Source: Squalus acanthias (taxonomy: Eukaryota). Taken from it: a stretch of DNA of 64,000 nucleotides. Shown in pieces: positions 1 to 11,952 of this stretch. The notes below the pieces were generated by a model, which saw nothing but the letters and a program-made list of their open reading frames with translations, made no database searches and was not told where the DNA came from. Every line of letters starts with the position of its first letter. Within the stretch, counting starts at the first letter, position 1. Both the position numbers and the translations under genes were made by a program. The stretch covers positions 91,080,001 through 91,144,000 of the forward strand of contig CM059432.1 of NCBI GenBank assembly GCA_030390025.1. Direction: 5' to 3'.

Positions 1-436
1 CAAGCTTTCTTAGTGCACATGTAAGACCTCCTGGTTCTGTAGTATATAGAGGCAGGCAGCCAGCAGAATCACAAAAGACCACTCAGCACTCTTGCACCCA
101 TATCCCTTTCAGTAGAGCATGACTTAGGAGTAGTACATGAGAAAGAATACAGTGCACCAGTACATGAAGCACAAGGGGCACGTCCCCGGAGCTAGTGTGC
201 TAGGAGGTAGGTGAATAGTGTATGAGGTTGCACCATTAACTGGAAGGCAGATTTGATGAACCTAATGACCCTTTCTCATTTTTTCCATAAGTTTGCCCAT
301 TTTTCACACAGTTACTTATAAAAGCAGATCTTTTGACACCATAACGATTGCAATCACCTATTTATTCAGGATAAATTAAAAAAATTATACATGGCATGGT
401 GACAAAAAAGCACTGGAGTAGAATTTCTGCTGGGGT

Positions 437-3400
437 CATAAGAACATAAGAAATAGGAGCAGGAGTAGGCCATTCAGCCCTTCGAGCCTGCTCCACCATT
501 CAATGAGATCATGGCTGATCTTCTGCCTCAACTCCATTCACCGGCCCTATCGCCATATCCCTTGATGCCCTTACTAGTCAGAAATCTATCGACTTCTCTT
601 TTGAATATACCCAATGACTGAGGCTCCACAGCCCTCTGGGGTAGAGAATTCCAAAGATTCACCACCCTCTGTGTGAAGAAGTTTCTTCTCATCTCAGTCC
701 TGAATGGCCTACCCTTTATCCTGAGGCTGTGGCCCCTGATTCTAGACTCCCCAGCCAAGGGAAACATTCTCCCAGCATCCACCCTATCAAGCCCTGTAAT
801 AATTTTGTATGCTTCAATGAGATCCCCTCTCATTCTTCTGAATTCAAGAGAATACAGGCCTAGTTTACTCAATCTCTTCTCATACGACAGTCCCGCCATC
901 CCAGGAATCAATCTCGTGAAGCTTTGTTGCATTCCCTCTATGGCAAGTATATCCTTCCTTAGGTAAGGAGACCAAAATTGTACACAGTACTCCAGGTGTG
1001 GTCTCACCAAGGCCCTATATAATTGGAGTAAGAGTTCTTTACTCCTGTCCTCAAATCCTCTTGTAATGAAGGCCAGCATACCATTTGCCTTCCTAATGGC
1101 TTGCTGCACCTGGACATTCACTTTCAGTGACTCATGTACAAGGACACCCAGGTCCCTTTGAGCATCTGCATTCCCCAATCTTTCACCATTTAGGAAATAC
1201 TCTGCCTTTCTGTTTTTTTTACCAAAGTGGATAACTTCACATTTATCCACATTATATTCCATCTGCCATGTTCTCGCCCACTCACTGAGCTTGTCGAGAT
1301 CCCCTTGAAGCCTCTTCACATCCTCTTCACAACTGCCACTGCCACCTAGCTTTGTATCATCAGCAAATGTGGAAATATTACATTTAGTCCCCTCATCCAA
1401 ATCATTGATATAGATTGTGAATAGCTGGGGCCCGAGCACCGATCCTTGCAGTACCCCACTAGTTACAGCCTGCCATCCTGAAAAAGACCCGTTTATCCCT
1501 ACTCTTTGTTTTCTGTCTGTTAACCAATTCTCAATCCATGCTAATATATTACCCCCAGTTCCATGTGCCCTAATTTTGTTCACCAACCTCTTATGTGGGA
1601 CCTTATCGAAGGCCTTCTGAAAATCCAAATACACCACATCTACCAGTTCCCCTTTGTCTACTCCACTAGTTACATCCTCAAAGAACTCCAATAGGTTTGT
1701 CAAACAGGATTTCCCTTTCATAAATCCATGTTGACTCTGCCCAATCTTACTATTAGTTTCTAAGTGCCCAGTTATTACATCCTTTATAATAGATTCCAGC
1801 ATTTTCCCAACTACTGATGTGAGGGTAACAGGTCTGTAGTTCCCCGTTTTCCCTCTCCCTCCTTTCTTAAATAGCGGGGTTACATTTGCTATCCTCCAAT
1901 CTGCAGGAACCGTTCCAGAATCTATAGAATTTTGGAAGATGACAACCAATGCATCCACTATCCCAATGGCCACCTCTTTCAAAACCCTAGGATGTAGGTC
2001 ATCCGGTCCTCGGGATTTATCGACTTTTAGTCCCATTAATTTTGCTAGTACTGTTTTTTTACTAATAATAATTTCTTTAAGTTCCTCATTCTTGCCACAC
2101 CCTAAGTTTTCCAGTATTTCTGGGAGGTTTTTTGTGTCTTCCTCCGTGAAGACAGAAACAAAGTATTTATTTAATTTCTCAGCCATTTCCTCATTCCCCA
2201 TTATAAATTCTCCCGTCTCTGACTGTAAAGGACCTACATTTACCTTCGCCAGTCTTTTCCTTTTCACATACCTATAGAAGCTTTTACAATCCGTTTTTAT
2301 ATTTTTTGCTAGTTTGTGCTCATATTCCATTTTCCCTTTCTTTATCAATTTCTTGGTCCCCCTTTGCTGATTTCTAAAAAGATCTCAATCCTCAGTCTGA
2401 CTGCTTTTTCTGGCAACTTTATAAGCTTCCTCCTTTGACTTAATACTAGCTTTAACTTCTTTTGTTAGCCATGGTTGGATCACTTTTCCTTTTGGGTTTT
2501 TATGCCCTAGAGGAATATATGTTTGTTGCAAATTATGCATTATTTCCTTGAATGTTAGCCATTGTATGTCCACCTTCATACCTTTTAGTGTAGTCTCCCA
2601 ATCTACCATGGCCAACTTGTCCCTCATACCCTTGTAGTTTCCTCTGTTTAGATTGAAGACCTTAGTTTCAGATTGGACTACATCACTCTCAAACTTAATG
2701 TAAAATTCAATCATATTATGGTCACTTGTCCCTAAAGGCCCCTTTACCACAAGATTATTGATTAGCCCTTTCTCATTACACAGTACCAGATCCAGAATAG
2801 CCTGTTCCCTGGTTGGTTCCTCCACATATTGATCCAGGAAACCATCTCGCATGCATTCCAAGAATTCGTCCTCCACACCATTAGTGGTAATTTGATTTGC
2901 CTTGTCAATATGTAGATTAAAGTCCCCCATGATTACCGTATTGCCCTTGTTACATGCACTTCTAATTTCTTGATTGATACTGTGCCCTACATTACCACTA
3001 CTGTTTGGTGGCCTATACACAACTCCCACCAATATTTTCCGCCCTTTGCTGTTTCATAGCTCCACCCAAACTGATTCCAGTTCTACATCATGATCTGCCG
3101 AGCCAAGATCTTTTATCTCTACCGTACCGATCTCATCCCTTCTTAACAGCGCCAAGCCACCTCCTTTTCCTTTTTGTCTGTCCTTCCTAAATGTTGAGTA
3201 CCCTGGAACATTCAGTTCCCAGCTTTGGTTACCTTGCAACCATGTCTCTGTAATGGCAATTACATCATACCCATTTACTTCTATTAGTGCCATTAATTCA
3301 TCCATCTTGTTGCGAATGCTACATGCATTTAGATAAAGTGCCTTCAACTTTGCCTGTTTAATATTTTTCTGCACTTTGACCCTCTTTACTGATGGTCTTT

Positions 3401-3648
3401 GTTTCTGCTCCCTACTAGTTTTGCTGACTACTTTTCTAACTTGCACTTCCAGCTTTGTTTCTCTCCATTCTGAGCCCACACTTAGGTTCCCAGCCCCCTG
3501 ACAAACTAGTTTAAGTCCTTCCCAACAGCACTAGCAAACCAGTGAGGATATTGGTCCCGGTTCTGCCGAAGTGTAATCCATCCAGCTTGTACAGGTCCCA
3601 CCTTCCCCAGAATCAGTCCCAATGCCTCAGGAATTTAAATCCCTCCCT
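437..3648 (-). mobile_element. CR1 LINE, 5'-truncated (ORF1 C-terminus, ORF2, 3' UTR and microsatellite tail)
   Basis: Tail cataagaacataagaaataggagcagg at 437. Minus-strand ORF1 esterase-like C-terminus at about 3510-3648 (RREGFKFLRHWD..DGLH). EN and RT ORFs at 528-3479. Confidence 0.95.
528..3479 (-). pseudogene. CR1 ORF2 (APE endonuclease + reverse transcriptase), one frame with two nonsense codons
   Basis: ORFs 3054-3479, 2385-3032 and 528-2348 are in the same frame, separated by TGA at 3054-3056 and 2385-2387. Motifs: YLNACSI, ITETWL, YRPP, MGDFN, SDHN, QHGF, YLDFQKAFD, QGSVLGP, FADD. Confidence 0.93.
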
Positions 3649-3899
3649 CCTAGAATCTCCTGCCATAACTTTGGCAGAAGTTCTGTGGAATCCTTGCAGA
3701 AACAGCCATTTGCGTTGATTTTCTAGGGTTTCCGCCAAAGTTACGGCGGATGATCAAGGGAACCCCTGCGAAAATTACTGGTATCTTAGTGCTTTTGTTC
3801 AGCACAAGACTTAAGAGCAGCCAAGCACTTTAGTTCAAGTGTATTGAGACTTTTGCATTCTTTTCTTCTGTTTGCAGAAAGGACTGTGTGCAGGGATCA

Positions 3900-4800
3900 G
3901 GGGGAAATGTATCCATTGCCTGTTAGATGTGTACCACAGGAATTCTCTCTCACCTTCATCCCAGGGTCCGCCGTGCTGCTGCTGCTGCTGCCCTTCAGTG
4001 AGCATGTTCTTTCAATAGCAATATTATACGTCGTGCAACATATAATAACTATTCTGGTCGCTCTTTGCAAAGCATCACTAACCTAGTCTAAACATTTTAA
4101 AAATCAAAAGTCTATTCTGCAATATTTCTGCCTCACAAATGTGCATCATTGTTAGCCCTTTCTTGAGGCGGTGTGGGGTTCCAAAGAAGTGTCATCCGCC
4201 CATATCTGCCAGGAACCAACCTTGTACTCTGCTTTCCCCCTCCTTCTCAAGCAGTTGAGGAACCCTTGATTGCCCCCAGGCATGTACTTTGTGATGTCTC
4301 CTGGAAAACAAGCATTAACTTGCATCATTTTTGCTGGTTCTTACAGACCATCTGAATGTTCAAGGAACAGTAACTAATACTATTGATGAAAGGGACGGCA
4401 CTGCCTGAAGGTGAATGAATGGTTGCGGGTGCAATCAATGGTATCTTGTACTTGGACAATGCAAATGATTAGAAAATTTGAGTCTGCCTTTCCAGCTCGT
4501 GCTGAACTTGATATATGCAGACGGGGGCTGAAAAAAGGCATCTGTTATCTCTATGATACAGCAGTGTATTGCATCCTGGCTGATTTAAGCGATGTCTCCA
4601 GTTGGTGGCGAGAAGAGTGCTGTCTGGATGTTGCTCTTGTTTCCAGGCGCTGACAAAGGTTAGAGATTGTACCTCTCTGATGTTCAGCTTCCTCACGCAT
4701 TTTTTTTGGAGGGCCCGGGTGGTGATACGTTAATGGTACTCACAATGCATTAGGTAGGAGGGAATCCTTGAAGGGTGCCTCTGTGGTATCCTGCTGTTTC
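3900..4800 (-). pseudogene. Highly decayed Harbinger (HARBI1-like) nuclease
   Basis: Minus-strand remnants in colinear order: TGDIA.ISQDAIHCCIIEITDAF (about 4530-4610), VQDTIDCT (about 4430-4451), LD..SDALQ and RIVIICC..YNIAIER (about 4010-4090). Confidence 0.65.
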
Positions 4801-5513
4801 TGCTTTTCATCCTCCAAAATAAGCATGGACAGAGTTCTCCTGCCTCAAACAGAAAGCCATATGTAAGTACCGCAGGAGTGACCAGAATGCCTCCCATGTC
4901 AATTTCCTAGATCTCCACCTGGTGGAGGCCCAATTGGTGCTGTGTCCACTGAATAAAGGGACCTTTTAGTTTGTGCCCAGTCCCCTCAGTTTGGATGATC
5001 TGAGAAGGGGCTGTCAGCAGTCTACTTGCATTTCCAAACAGTTAAGTGTTTTTTTTTACGGTCAGCAAGGAGGATCAAGCCTCTCAGGCTTGCAGCACTT
5101 TCCTCCCCCACTTTTGGATACGTGCCTATTCCAAGGAACATTCCAGCACTGGAGTCTGGAGGCACATCAGAGCCATGCTAATGGCCTGAACTTGGAAATA
5201 CAGGTAAGTTCATGTCCATTCGGGTGCCGCACACCTCAATGTGCTTTGCCTGACTTGTGCTGTGAAGGCTCTTTAAGTCTCAGATGAGTGATTGGCAATT
5301 CATAATGCTCTAAAAATGTATCCAGTAGCGCATCTGCTGAATCTGAGCCATAGTTCCCCCCTCATCCCTTACTCTTTAGCATTAGCTTTCAATGTGAAAA
5401 ATTAACCTAGTGTAGGAATTAAGTCAATCCTGAGTAAATCTGCATGTTCTGTATTAACATGGTGTTAACGACTAATACATTAGCATCACATCCCTGTATT
5501 GGTAGTGTTACAA

Positions 5514-7296
5514 GAGATTGAACAATTTTCTATTCGTCCTGTAGATTAGCTCCACTCCGGCAGTAAGCTTGTTAGAGGTGAGATGAAATATTGCAGTGAG
5601 AAAGATTGAGAAGAGTGTTGGTGCAATGACACAGCCTTGCTTGACCCCAGTCTTCACTTGTATTGGGTCTGTGATGGATCCGTTAGTAAGGATCACGGCT
5701 TGCATGTCATCGTGGAGCAGATAGAGGATGGTAACGAATTTTTGAGGACAGTCAAATTTGAGAAGGACACTCCATAATCCCTCTCGGTTGACAGAGTCGA
5801 AGGCCTTTGTGAGGTTAGAAAAGGCCATGTGTACAGAGGTTGATGCTGCTCCATACATTTTTCTTAGATTTGTCGCACAGTGAAAATCATGTCCATTGTG
5901 CCTCTTAGTGGGCGGAATCTGCATTGTGACTCTGGGAGGAGCTCTTCAGCCACTGGGAGTAGACGATTGAGGAGGATTCTTGCAATGACTTTCCCTGTGG
6001 CAGACAACAGGGAAACTCCTCTGGAATTACCGCAATCGGACTTGTCTCCTTTCTTGAAGATGGTCACGATTACGGCATCTCTGAAATCCCCTGGCATGCT
6101 TTCCTCCTTCCAGATAAGGGAGATAAAGTCATAGATTTGCGCTGAGAGTACTTCTCCGCCATGCTTTAGTACTTTGGCGGGGATTTCATCTGCTCCGGAA
6201 GCCTTGTTGTTTTTCTGCTGTCGGGAAATTGTTCAATCTTCGTTGCCTTCAGTCCAGAACCAAGATTGTCCCAACCTCTGTTATTGAATTACAGTATGCA
6301 GATGACACTTGTGTTTACGCACACTCAGAGGCTGAACTCCAAACCATCGTTGACTCCTTCACTGAAGCGTACGAGAGACTGGGCCTTACATTAAACATCC
6401 AAAAGACAAAAGTTCTTTACCAACCTGCCCCTGCCGCACAACACTGTCCCCTGACTATTAAAATCCATGACGAGACCTTGGACAGTGTGGAACACTTTCC
6501 ATACCTTGGGAGCCTTCTGTCAGCGAGGGCGGACATCGATGACGAAATCCAACACCACCTTTCAGTGTGCCAGTGCAGCCTACGGCCGCCTGAGGAAAAG
6601 AGTGTTTGACGACCAAGACCTCAAACCCAGCACCAAGCTCATTGTTTACAGAGCAGCAGTGATACCCGCCCTGCTGTATGCTTCAGAGACATGGACAATG
6701 TACAGCAGGCACCTCAAAGCACTGGAGAAGTATCACCAACGCTGCCTTCGCAAAATCCTGCAAATCCATTGGCAGGATAGGTGTACCAATGTTAGTGTTC
6801 TCTCTCAGGCCAACATCCCCAGCATTAAGGCATTGATCACACTCAATCAGCTATGATGGAAGGGCCACAATGTCAGCATGCCTGATACAAGACTCCCAAA
6901 ACAAGCACTCTACTCCGAGCTCCGTCACGGCAAGCGATTTCCAGGAGGGCAGAGAAAACGCTTCAAGGACGTCATCAAATCCTTCTTGAAAAAATGTAAC
7001 ATCCTCATCGACTCTTGGGAATCCCTGGCCAAGACCGCTGAAATTGGAGGAGAAACATTCGAGAAGGTGACGAACACTTTAGTTTCTTCGTCGGGAGCAC
7101 GCGGAGGCCAAGTACAAACAGTAGAAGAAGTGCATGACAAACCAAGCACCCCGCCCACTCATCCCTTCAACCACTACCTGCCCCACCTGTGGCAGAGTCT
7201 GTAGATCCCGCATAGGACTCGTTAGTCACCTTAGAACCCGCAATATTGGAGTGGAAGCAAGTCATCCTCGACTCCAGGGGACTGCCTAAGAAGAAG
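5514..7296 (+). mobile_element. RTE-clade LINE, 5'-truncated, with inverted 5' segment (5514-6222 minus; 6223-7296 plus) and 10-bp TSD
   Basis: RT N-half on minus strand (KKGDKSDCGN.RGVSLL, KAFDSVNR, GVKQGCVIAPTLF). RT C-half on plus strand (LQYADD, FPYLGS, LYASETWT). (AAG)n tail. AGTGTTACAA at 5504-5513 and 7297-7306. Confidence 0.92.
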
Positions 7297-7396
7297 AGTG
7301 TTACAAATATATACTCACAGGAGCAAATATCGGAGCATGGACAAAAGTGAATGGCCACTCAATTGCACCAACTCCAGAAGCACTACCACATACAAA

Positions 7397-9172
7397 GGCC
7401 GGAATTTTACCAGCGCTCAGAGTGCGAGTTCAGAGGCGGGTCCACTGTCAAAATCAAAAAGATTGACAGCGGGTTGCTATCCCGCGGTCAACCTGCCTCC
7501 GTGCCAGTTTCCCAAGTGTCGGGTCTGTTATTCTTGAACAGACCTGACACCAAGCGGTGGGTCAACCAATTTAGATAGTTGAAAGCTTGTTAAAAGGTAG
7601 TTAAGCAGGATTTTACCATGTACTTACCATTTTACCAGGATTTTAACGAGCTTCCCAGAGACCGGGTATCACGCCAGTTAAGTAAGTCAGATGTTGTGTC
7701 AGAATGGAATGATTTACTAATCTGACAGCTGCAAATGCTCTATGAAAGCTCCCATTTCATAGGTCTTCACTTTCCAAGGTTAGAAGCTGTTGCTTACTGC
7801 ATTTGGAAGACAGATTGAGCTTTCTGCAGGTTGCAAGTGTTTGGAGCAAACTCTCTATCCAGTGTCACCTCATTGGAACAGCCTTACTCACAATTGACAG
7901 ATCGCTTCTGTCATCTCAACCTCACCTACCATCTATTCCATCAGCATCGGTGCCCTTGAAAAAATCTCACCTTGGTCCTCAGAATCCCAACACGATCAGA
8001 CCCAACACCAGCATCACCGGGCAGACCAGCAGCACCAACATCCACACCAACCTTCTCCGCAATCAACTGATGCTGCCCTGGACACAGGGCATCATCACCC
8101 GTGCACATTGCTGCCCGAGACACCAACGATGGCCTCACCATGTCCAAATTGACTTCACTTAACACTGTACACCCTGGCTGCCACATGATGCACCAGGTTG
8201 GCACCACCTCAGACCAGCACCATAAAGCATCCCTACAATATCCAAACCATTCCTTTCACACTCATCACTATGAGGGGGTGGGGCGGGGCACATTATGTCT
8301 CACCATTCACTGGAACTCACTAAGACACTTCCAAAGGTGCACACAAATCTGTCCAAGAACGCGAAGTGTTGAGAATAAAGATTTCAATGTTTGACAGCAC
8401 ATTACCAGAAACTTCACATGAACATTGGCTAAACCACCCAAGTGTCTACCCTTGTGTGTTGTTAGTTGGTATGCTTGCAGTAAGATGAGGGTGAGTGTGA
8501 GGGTTGGCTAGTGAGATGGGTAAGTGATAATGTAGATAGAGAGGGATGGGTGGAGGTGCAAGGTAAGTTGGTGTGAGTAAGGATGTGCAGGAGTAGGGTA
8601 GGGAAGGCAGAGTGATGCTGATGTGATGAATGGCACCGCAGGATGAGGTTGAGTGTGGCTTTGCAGTAACATTTCGTGATCTACTGAGATCATTGAAAGG
8701 TTTGCACCACCGCAGCCAGGCACTCCTGATGACATCCCTACTTCTGTCCTCCTGTGCAATGTGCAACCAGGCTGCGTTGGTCTCCTGGGGAGGTGTCTTC
8801 CGGCCATTGGAATGGAAGAGAACCTCCCTGCGTGCTGTGACTCCCTCCATAAGCATATGGAGGGAGTCATGGGAGAGCCTGAGTGCAGCCGTGCACCTTT
8901 GTGCAGTGCTTGTCAGTGTTTGCAGCACCTCAATGCTGTAGAACACTGACAGCACAACTGTCAAAATCAATGTGGACATGGCCCCTTTAACAAAACCGGC
9001 TGATGACACGTCATCAAATGACATCATCAGACCCGCTTCCTTTTAATTGGCCAGGAACCTCGCAGGGCAAGTCCAATCAATGTATAATCACTTGGAGAGA
9101 GCGGGCTGGAGCAGTCAGCGGGCTGGGACCACGCTACTGACCCCGGCCGCCTCGGTCGGCGAAATCGTGGCC
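7397..9172 (-). mobile_element. Non-autonomous Harbinger derivative (Myb domain kept, nuclease core deleted), family A copy 1
   Basis: Ends ggccggaatttt ... gaaatcgtggcc, with AAA on both sides (7394-7396, 9173-9175). Myb/SANT-like ORF at 8446-9027. Nuclease N/C-terminal remnant at about 7960-8160 (HIAARDT). Inverted homolog at 48672-50449. Confidence 0.85.
8446..9027 (-). CDS. Myb/SANT-like (MADF/trihelix-type) DNA-binding domain ORF of a Harbinger derivative; coding status unproven
   Basis: RLSHDSLHMLMEGVTARREVLF...AAWLHIAQE...W.KPFNDL resembles the Myb exon 1 at 60840 and 34883. Confidence 0.45.
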   Translation of the reverse strand: MMSFDDVSSAGFVKGAMSTLILTVVLSVFYSIEVLQTLTSTAQRCTAALRLSHDSLHMLMEGVTARREVLFHSNGRKTPPQETNAAWLHIAQEDRSRDVIRSAWLRWCKPFNDLSRSRNVTAKPHSTSSCGAIHHISITLPSLPYSCTSLLTPTYLAPPPIPLYLHYHLPISLANPHTHPHLTASIPTNNTQG

Positions 9173-9810
9173 AAAGAGTTTGGTGTACATCAGGGGCAAT
9201 TCTGAGATTTGAAGTAGAAGGGGACATAATTCATGCCAAAAAAATAGGGAGAGCAAAGCTCCTTTACCTGGACAATGCAGAAAATTACTTCAGCTTATTG
9301 CACAATTAATGCAAACTCTATTCTAATGCTTAGAGCAAATTAAAACCCTTTGTTATCTGAATAAACTATTCCAGCAGATTTGTATGTTATGACTTATTGC
9401 TTCTAAGTCCATGCTAACTATTCCTGGACACCTCTGTCATGTTTAGATGAACATCCCATAAATTACAGATATGTAGCAAAAGAGGGAATCTTTTATCTCT
9501 GTATCACAGTAATGAACTCAAGTAGAATAAAGTTTAGTGATGTAGGTCACTTTCTTATAGATGGCAACCTTGAAAAGTAACAAAAGCTGCCCAGCAAACT
9601 CTGAAACACTGACAACTCAAAAGCAGCTATAGGTCTATGACACGTGAAAGCAAGTAATTATACTGAAAATGCAGTAACTTAAGTTGCAGGCTTACCTAAC
9701 ATTCAGTCGTTTGAACAGAAGGAATAAAAACCATAAGCACACGAACGCACATACTGCAGCAATGTTGAATTCAGAAACTTTTTAAGGGGGATGCAAGTGC
9801 TGATAACACA

Positions 9811-10002
9811 AGGGATGGAACTTTCAACTTAAGGGGGAGGGCATAAAACTGATGGTATCGGATCGTCCGTCTGTTGTACACCCCACCTGATTTTTTTTCT
9901 TTCTATTGAAGTCAGTAGAAATGAAAATTGGGCAAGGTATATAGCAGGCATCGAATTGTGTATCGCTAGTTTTACACACCCACCAAAGTTGAAAATTCTG
10001 CC
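9811..10002. mobile_element. Palindromic hairpin MITE
   Basis: gggatggaactttcaactt mirrors aagttgaaaattctgccc. Central dyad ttctattgaagtcagtagaa. Confidence 0.6.
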
Positions 10003-10899
10003 CAAGATATCTTTTGCTTAGGGGCAGGCCCCCATCACCAGGAGATTTTGATTTTGACACATTTTTAGCCAAACAAAATATCCTGGAAGGGTTACAGATA
10101 TTTAAAATATGAAATAAAGTCATTGTACAGATTTCAATGCAACATTACAGGGTCCAGTTCCTTCTATTGTGAATTTAATCCATACACGTGGACAGTTAAC
10201 ATTTCGGACTCAGTGGCTGTGTTTCTGCATTTAACAGAAAAATCCATAGATTTAAACTCCCCACACTCTTCCATGGTCATTCCATGCAGGCCATTTAAAA
10301 AGTTATGGGATAAAAAAGAAAGAATGGGGTGAAGACTAAATTAAAACCTGTTACTATCCACTACGGTGTGATTGATGGGGTAGGATGGATAGGATGTCTT
10401 AAGAGGGGAAAATATGGCATACTGACATGATGTGGAAAATATACAAAACTGGCATAATTTTTTTGGCAACAATCTAACAATGAGTGATATAATCGGCACT
10501 CCCACTAGATATAGGTCAGCAAACAGCATGAGACATCACATTTTAATTTGCACAAACTAAAGACCCATAAACACAAGATAAATTATCTACACTGCTGGGA
10601 AACCAGCATCACATTCTTCCCACAAGATGCAATAGGCTCTATAAGTTCTCCAGTTTATTTCTGGCAAGCTAACCATGTTATTTCATAAAACAAATGCTAC
10701 TTGGAATGGGAGTGCCATCAATCACAGAGACTCAGCTAATAATCCTGTAGCATAAAGCCACTCAGTGTTGCAGAAAATAATAACCCATTGTCTTGCAAAC
10801 CACTCCTGAGACCTGCTGCAATCTATTTTAATTTTCTTTCTAAAAAACTTTTCACTTACCATAAAGAAATTAGCCGATTTTCCCATCCCCAGGTAATTA

Positions 10900-11952
10900 A
10901 GTGGCTCAGTAGTCGCACTCCAGTGCAGTACTGTGGGAGTGCTGCACTGTCGGAGGTGCCGTCTATCGGATGAGATATTGGCCCAGAAATTGATCTCGCT
11001 CTGTTCCCGCGGGGGTAAGGCTTCCCCGCGATCTCTCACTCCGCTTGTGCTTTTTCAGATCCAGCTCGCACGAACTTGATGTTCCAGACATCAGCTGGGC
11101 AGTGCTTGCGTATCCCACTGGCGTAGTGAATTCGTGCGAGCTGTGGGATCACGTGACTCAGTTAGAGCCAATGGCAGCACACCATCTTCCATTCATAAGT
11201 TTCACATACGTGCTGTGAAATCTATGAATCTTACACCCCCCCAAAATAACAGCTAAACCTCAATTAAATTTAAAAGAAAAACCATCACATTAATAAAATA
11301 AGTATAGTTAAATAAATTAACCATTTTAAATAAAAAACTAAATTTTTGAAAAAATTTAAAATCTTTTAAAAAGTTATAAAAATAAACTTACCTGTCTTTA
11401 AAGTCTCTAAAAAAGATATACCTGTTAAAAAAAATTCAAAAAAATACTTAATTCACTACTTACCTTGTTAAAAGTGGGTCTTCCTCCTCCTTTTTCCATT
11501 TCTAAAATCTTCCGTACTTACCTGCGCGTCCAAAGCATGAAGTGCACAGCGTGCGCGCAGCCTGTAGCGCGCACGCGATGCACCGAGGAACCGCCCCCTT
11601 TTCAAAAGACCAAGTGCTGGTTTTCAGCGCATGCGCAGGGCATGCAGAAAACTGGCAATTGGAGAGAGAATACGCGAGAGTACGCAGTGCGTACTCTCGC
11701 GTCGCGGGATGAATTTTTGGCCCATTAAATCGAGGCCCTGTCTGCACTCTCAGGTGGATATAATAGATCCCATGGCACTTTTTGAAGAAGAGCAGGGGTG
11801 TTCTCCCCGGTGTCCTGGCCAACATTTATCCCTCAACCAACATCACTAAAAGAGATTATCTGGTCATTATCCCATTGCAGTTTGTGGGAGCTTGCTGTGC
11901 GCAAATTGGCTGCCGCATTTCCTACATTACAAAGTTCTTAATTGGCTGTAAA
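10900..11952 (+). mobile_element. Deu-domain SINE (SacSINE1/AmnSINE-like), partial, interrupted by a MITE
   Basis: gtgccgtc..ggatgagat|..aaatcgaggccc...aagatcccatggcact...ccggtgtcctggccaa matches the SINE at 58732-59560. Confidence 0.8.
10980..11723. mobile_element. 744-bp Harbinger-like MITE, family B copy 1
   Basis: Ends ggcccagaaatt ... aatttttggccc. TSD ATT (10977-10979, 11724-11726). AT-rich core. Inverted homolog at 23261-23984. Confidence 0.9.

Larger units (their letters stand above)
415..3781. mobile_element. Small palindromic MITE (about 150 bp) split by the CR1 insertion (about 415-436 plus 3649-3781)
   Basis: ctgccataactttggcagaa (about 3660) and ttccgccaaagttacggcgg (about 3731) are inverted. 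agtagaatttctgctggggt (417-436) mirrors acccctgcgaaaattact (about 3763). A related fragment lies at about 57475-57542. Confidence 0.6.

Noticed and set aside
673..2277. Plus-strand ORFs antisense to CR1, and the many antisense ORFs over the Harbinger genes
   Set aside because: Shadows of coding sequence on the opposite strand.
3878..3997. Apparent 120-bp plus-strand host exon (strong tttgcag acceptor, gtgagc donor, CCCCCC or LLLLL run)
   Set aside because: The opposite strand reads as the decayed C-terminus of a Harbinger nuclease, colinear with upstream remnants. No partner exons were found.
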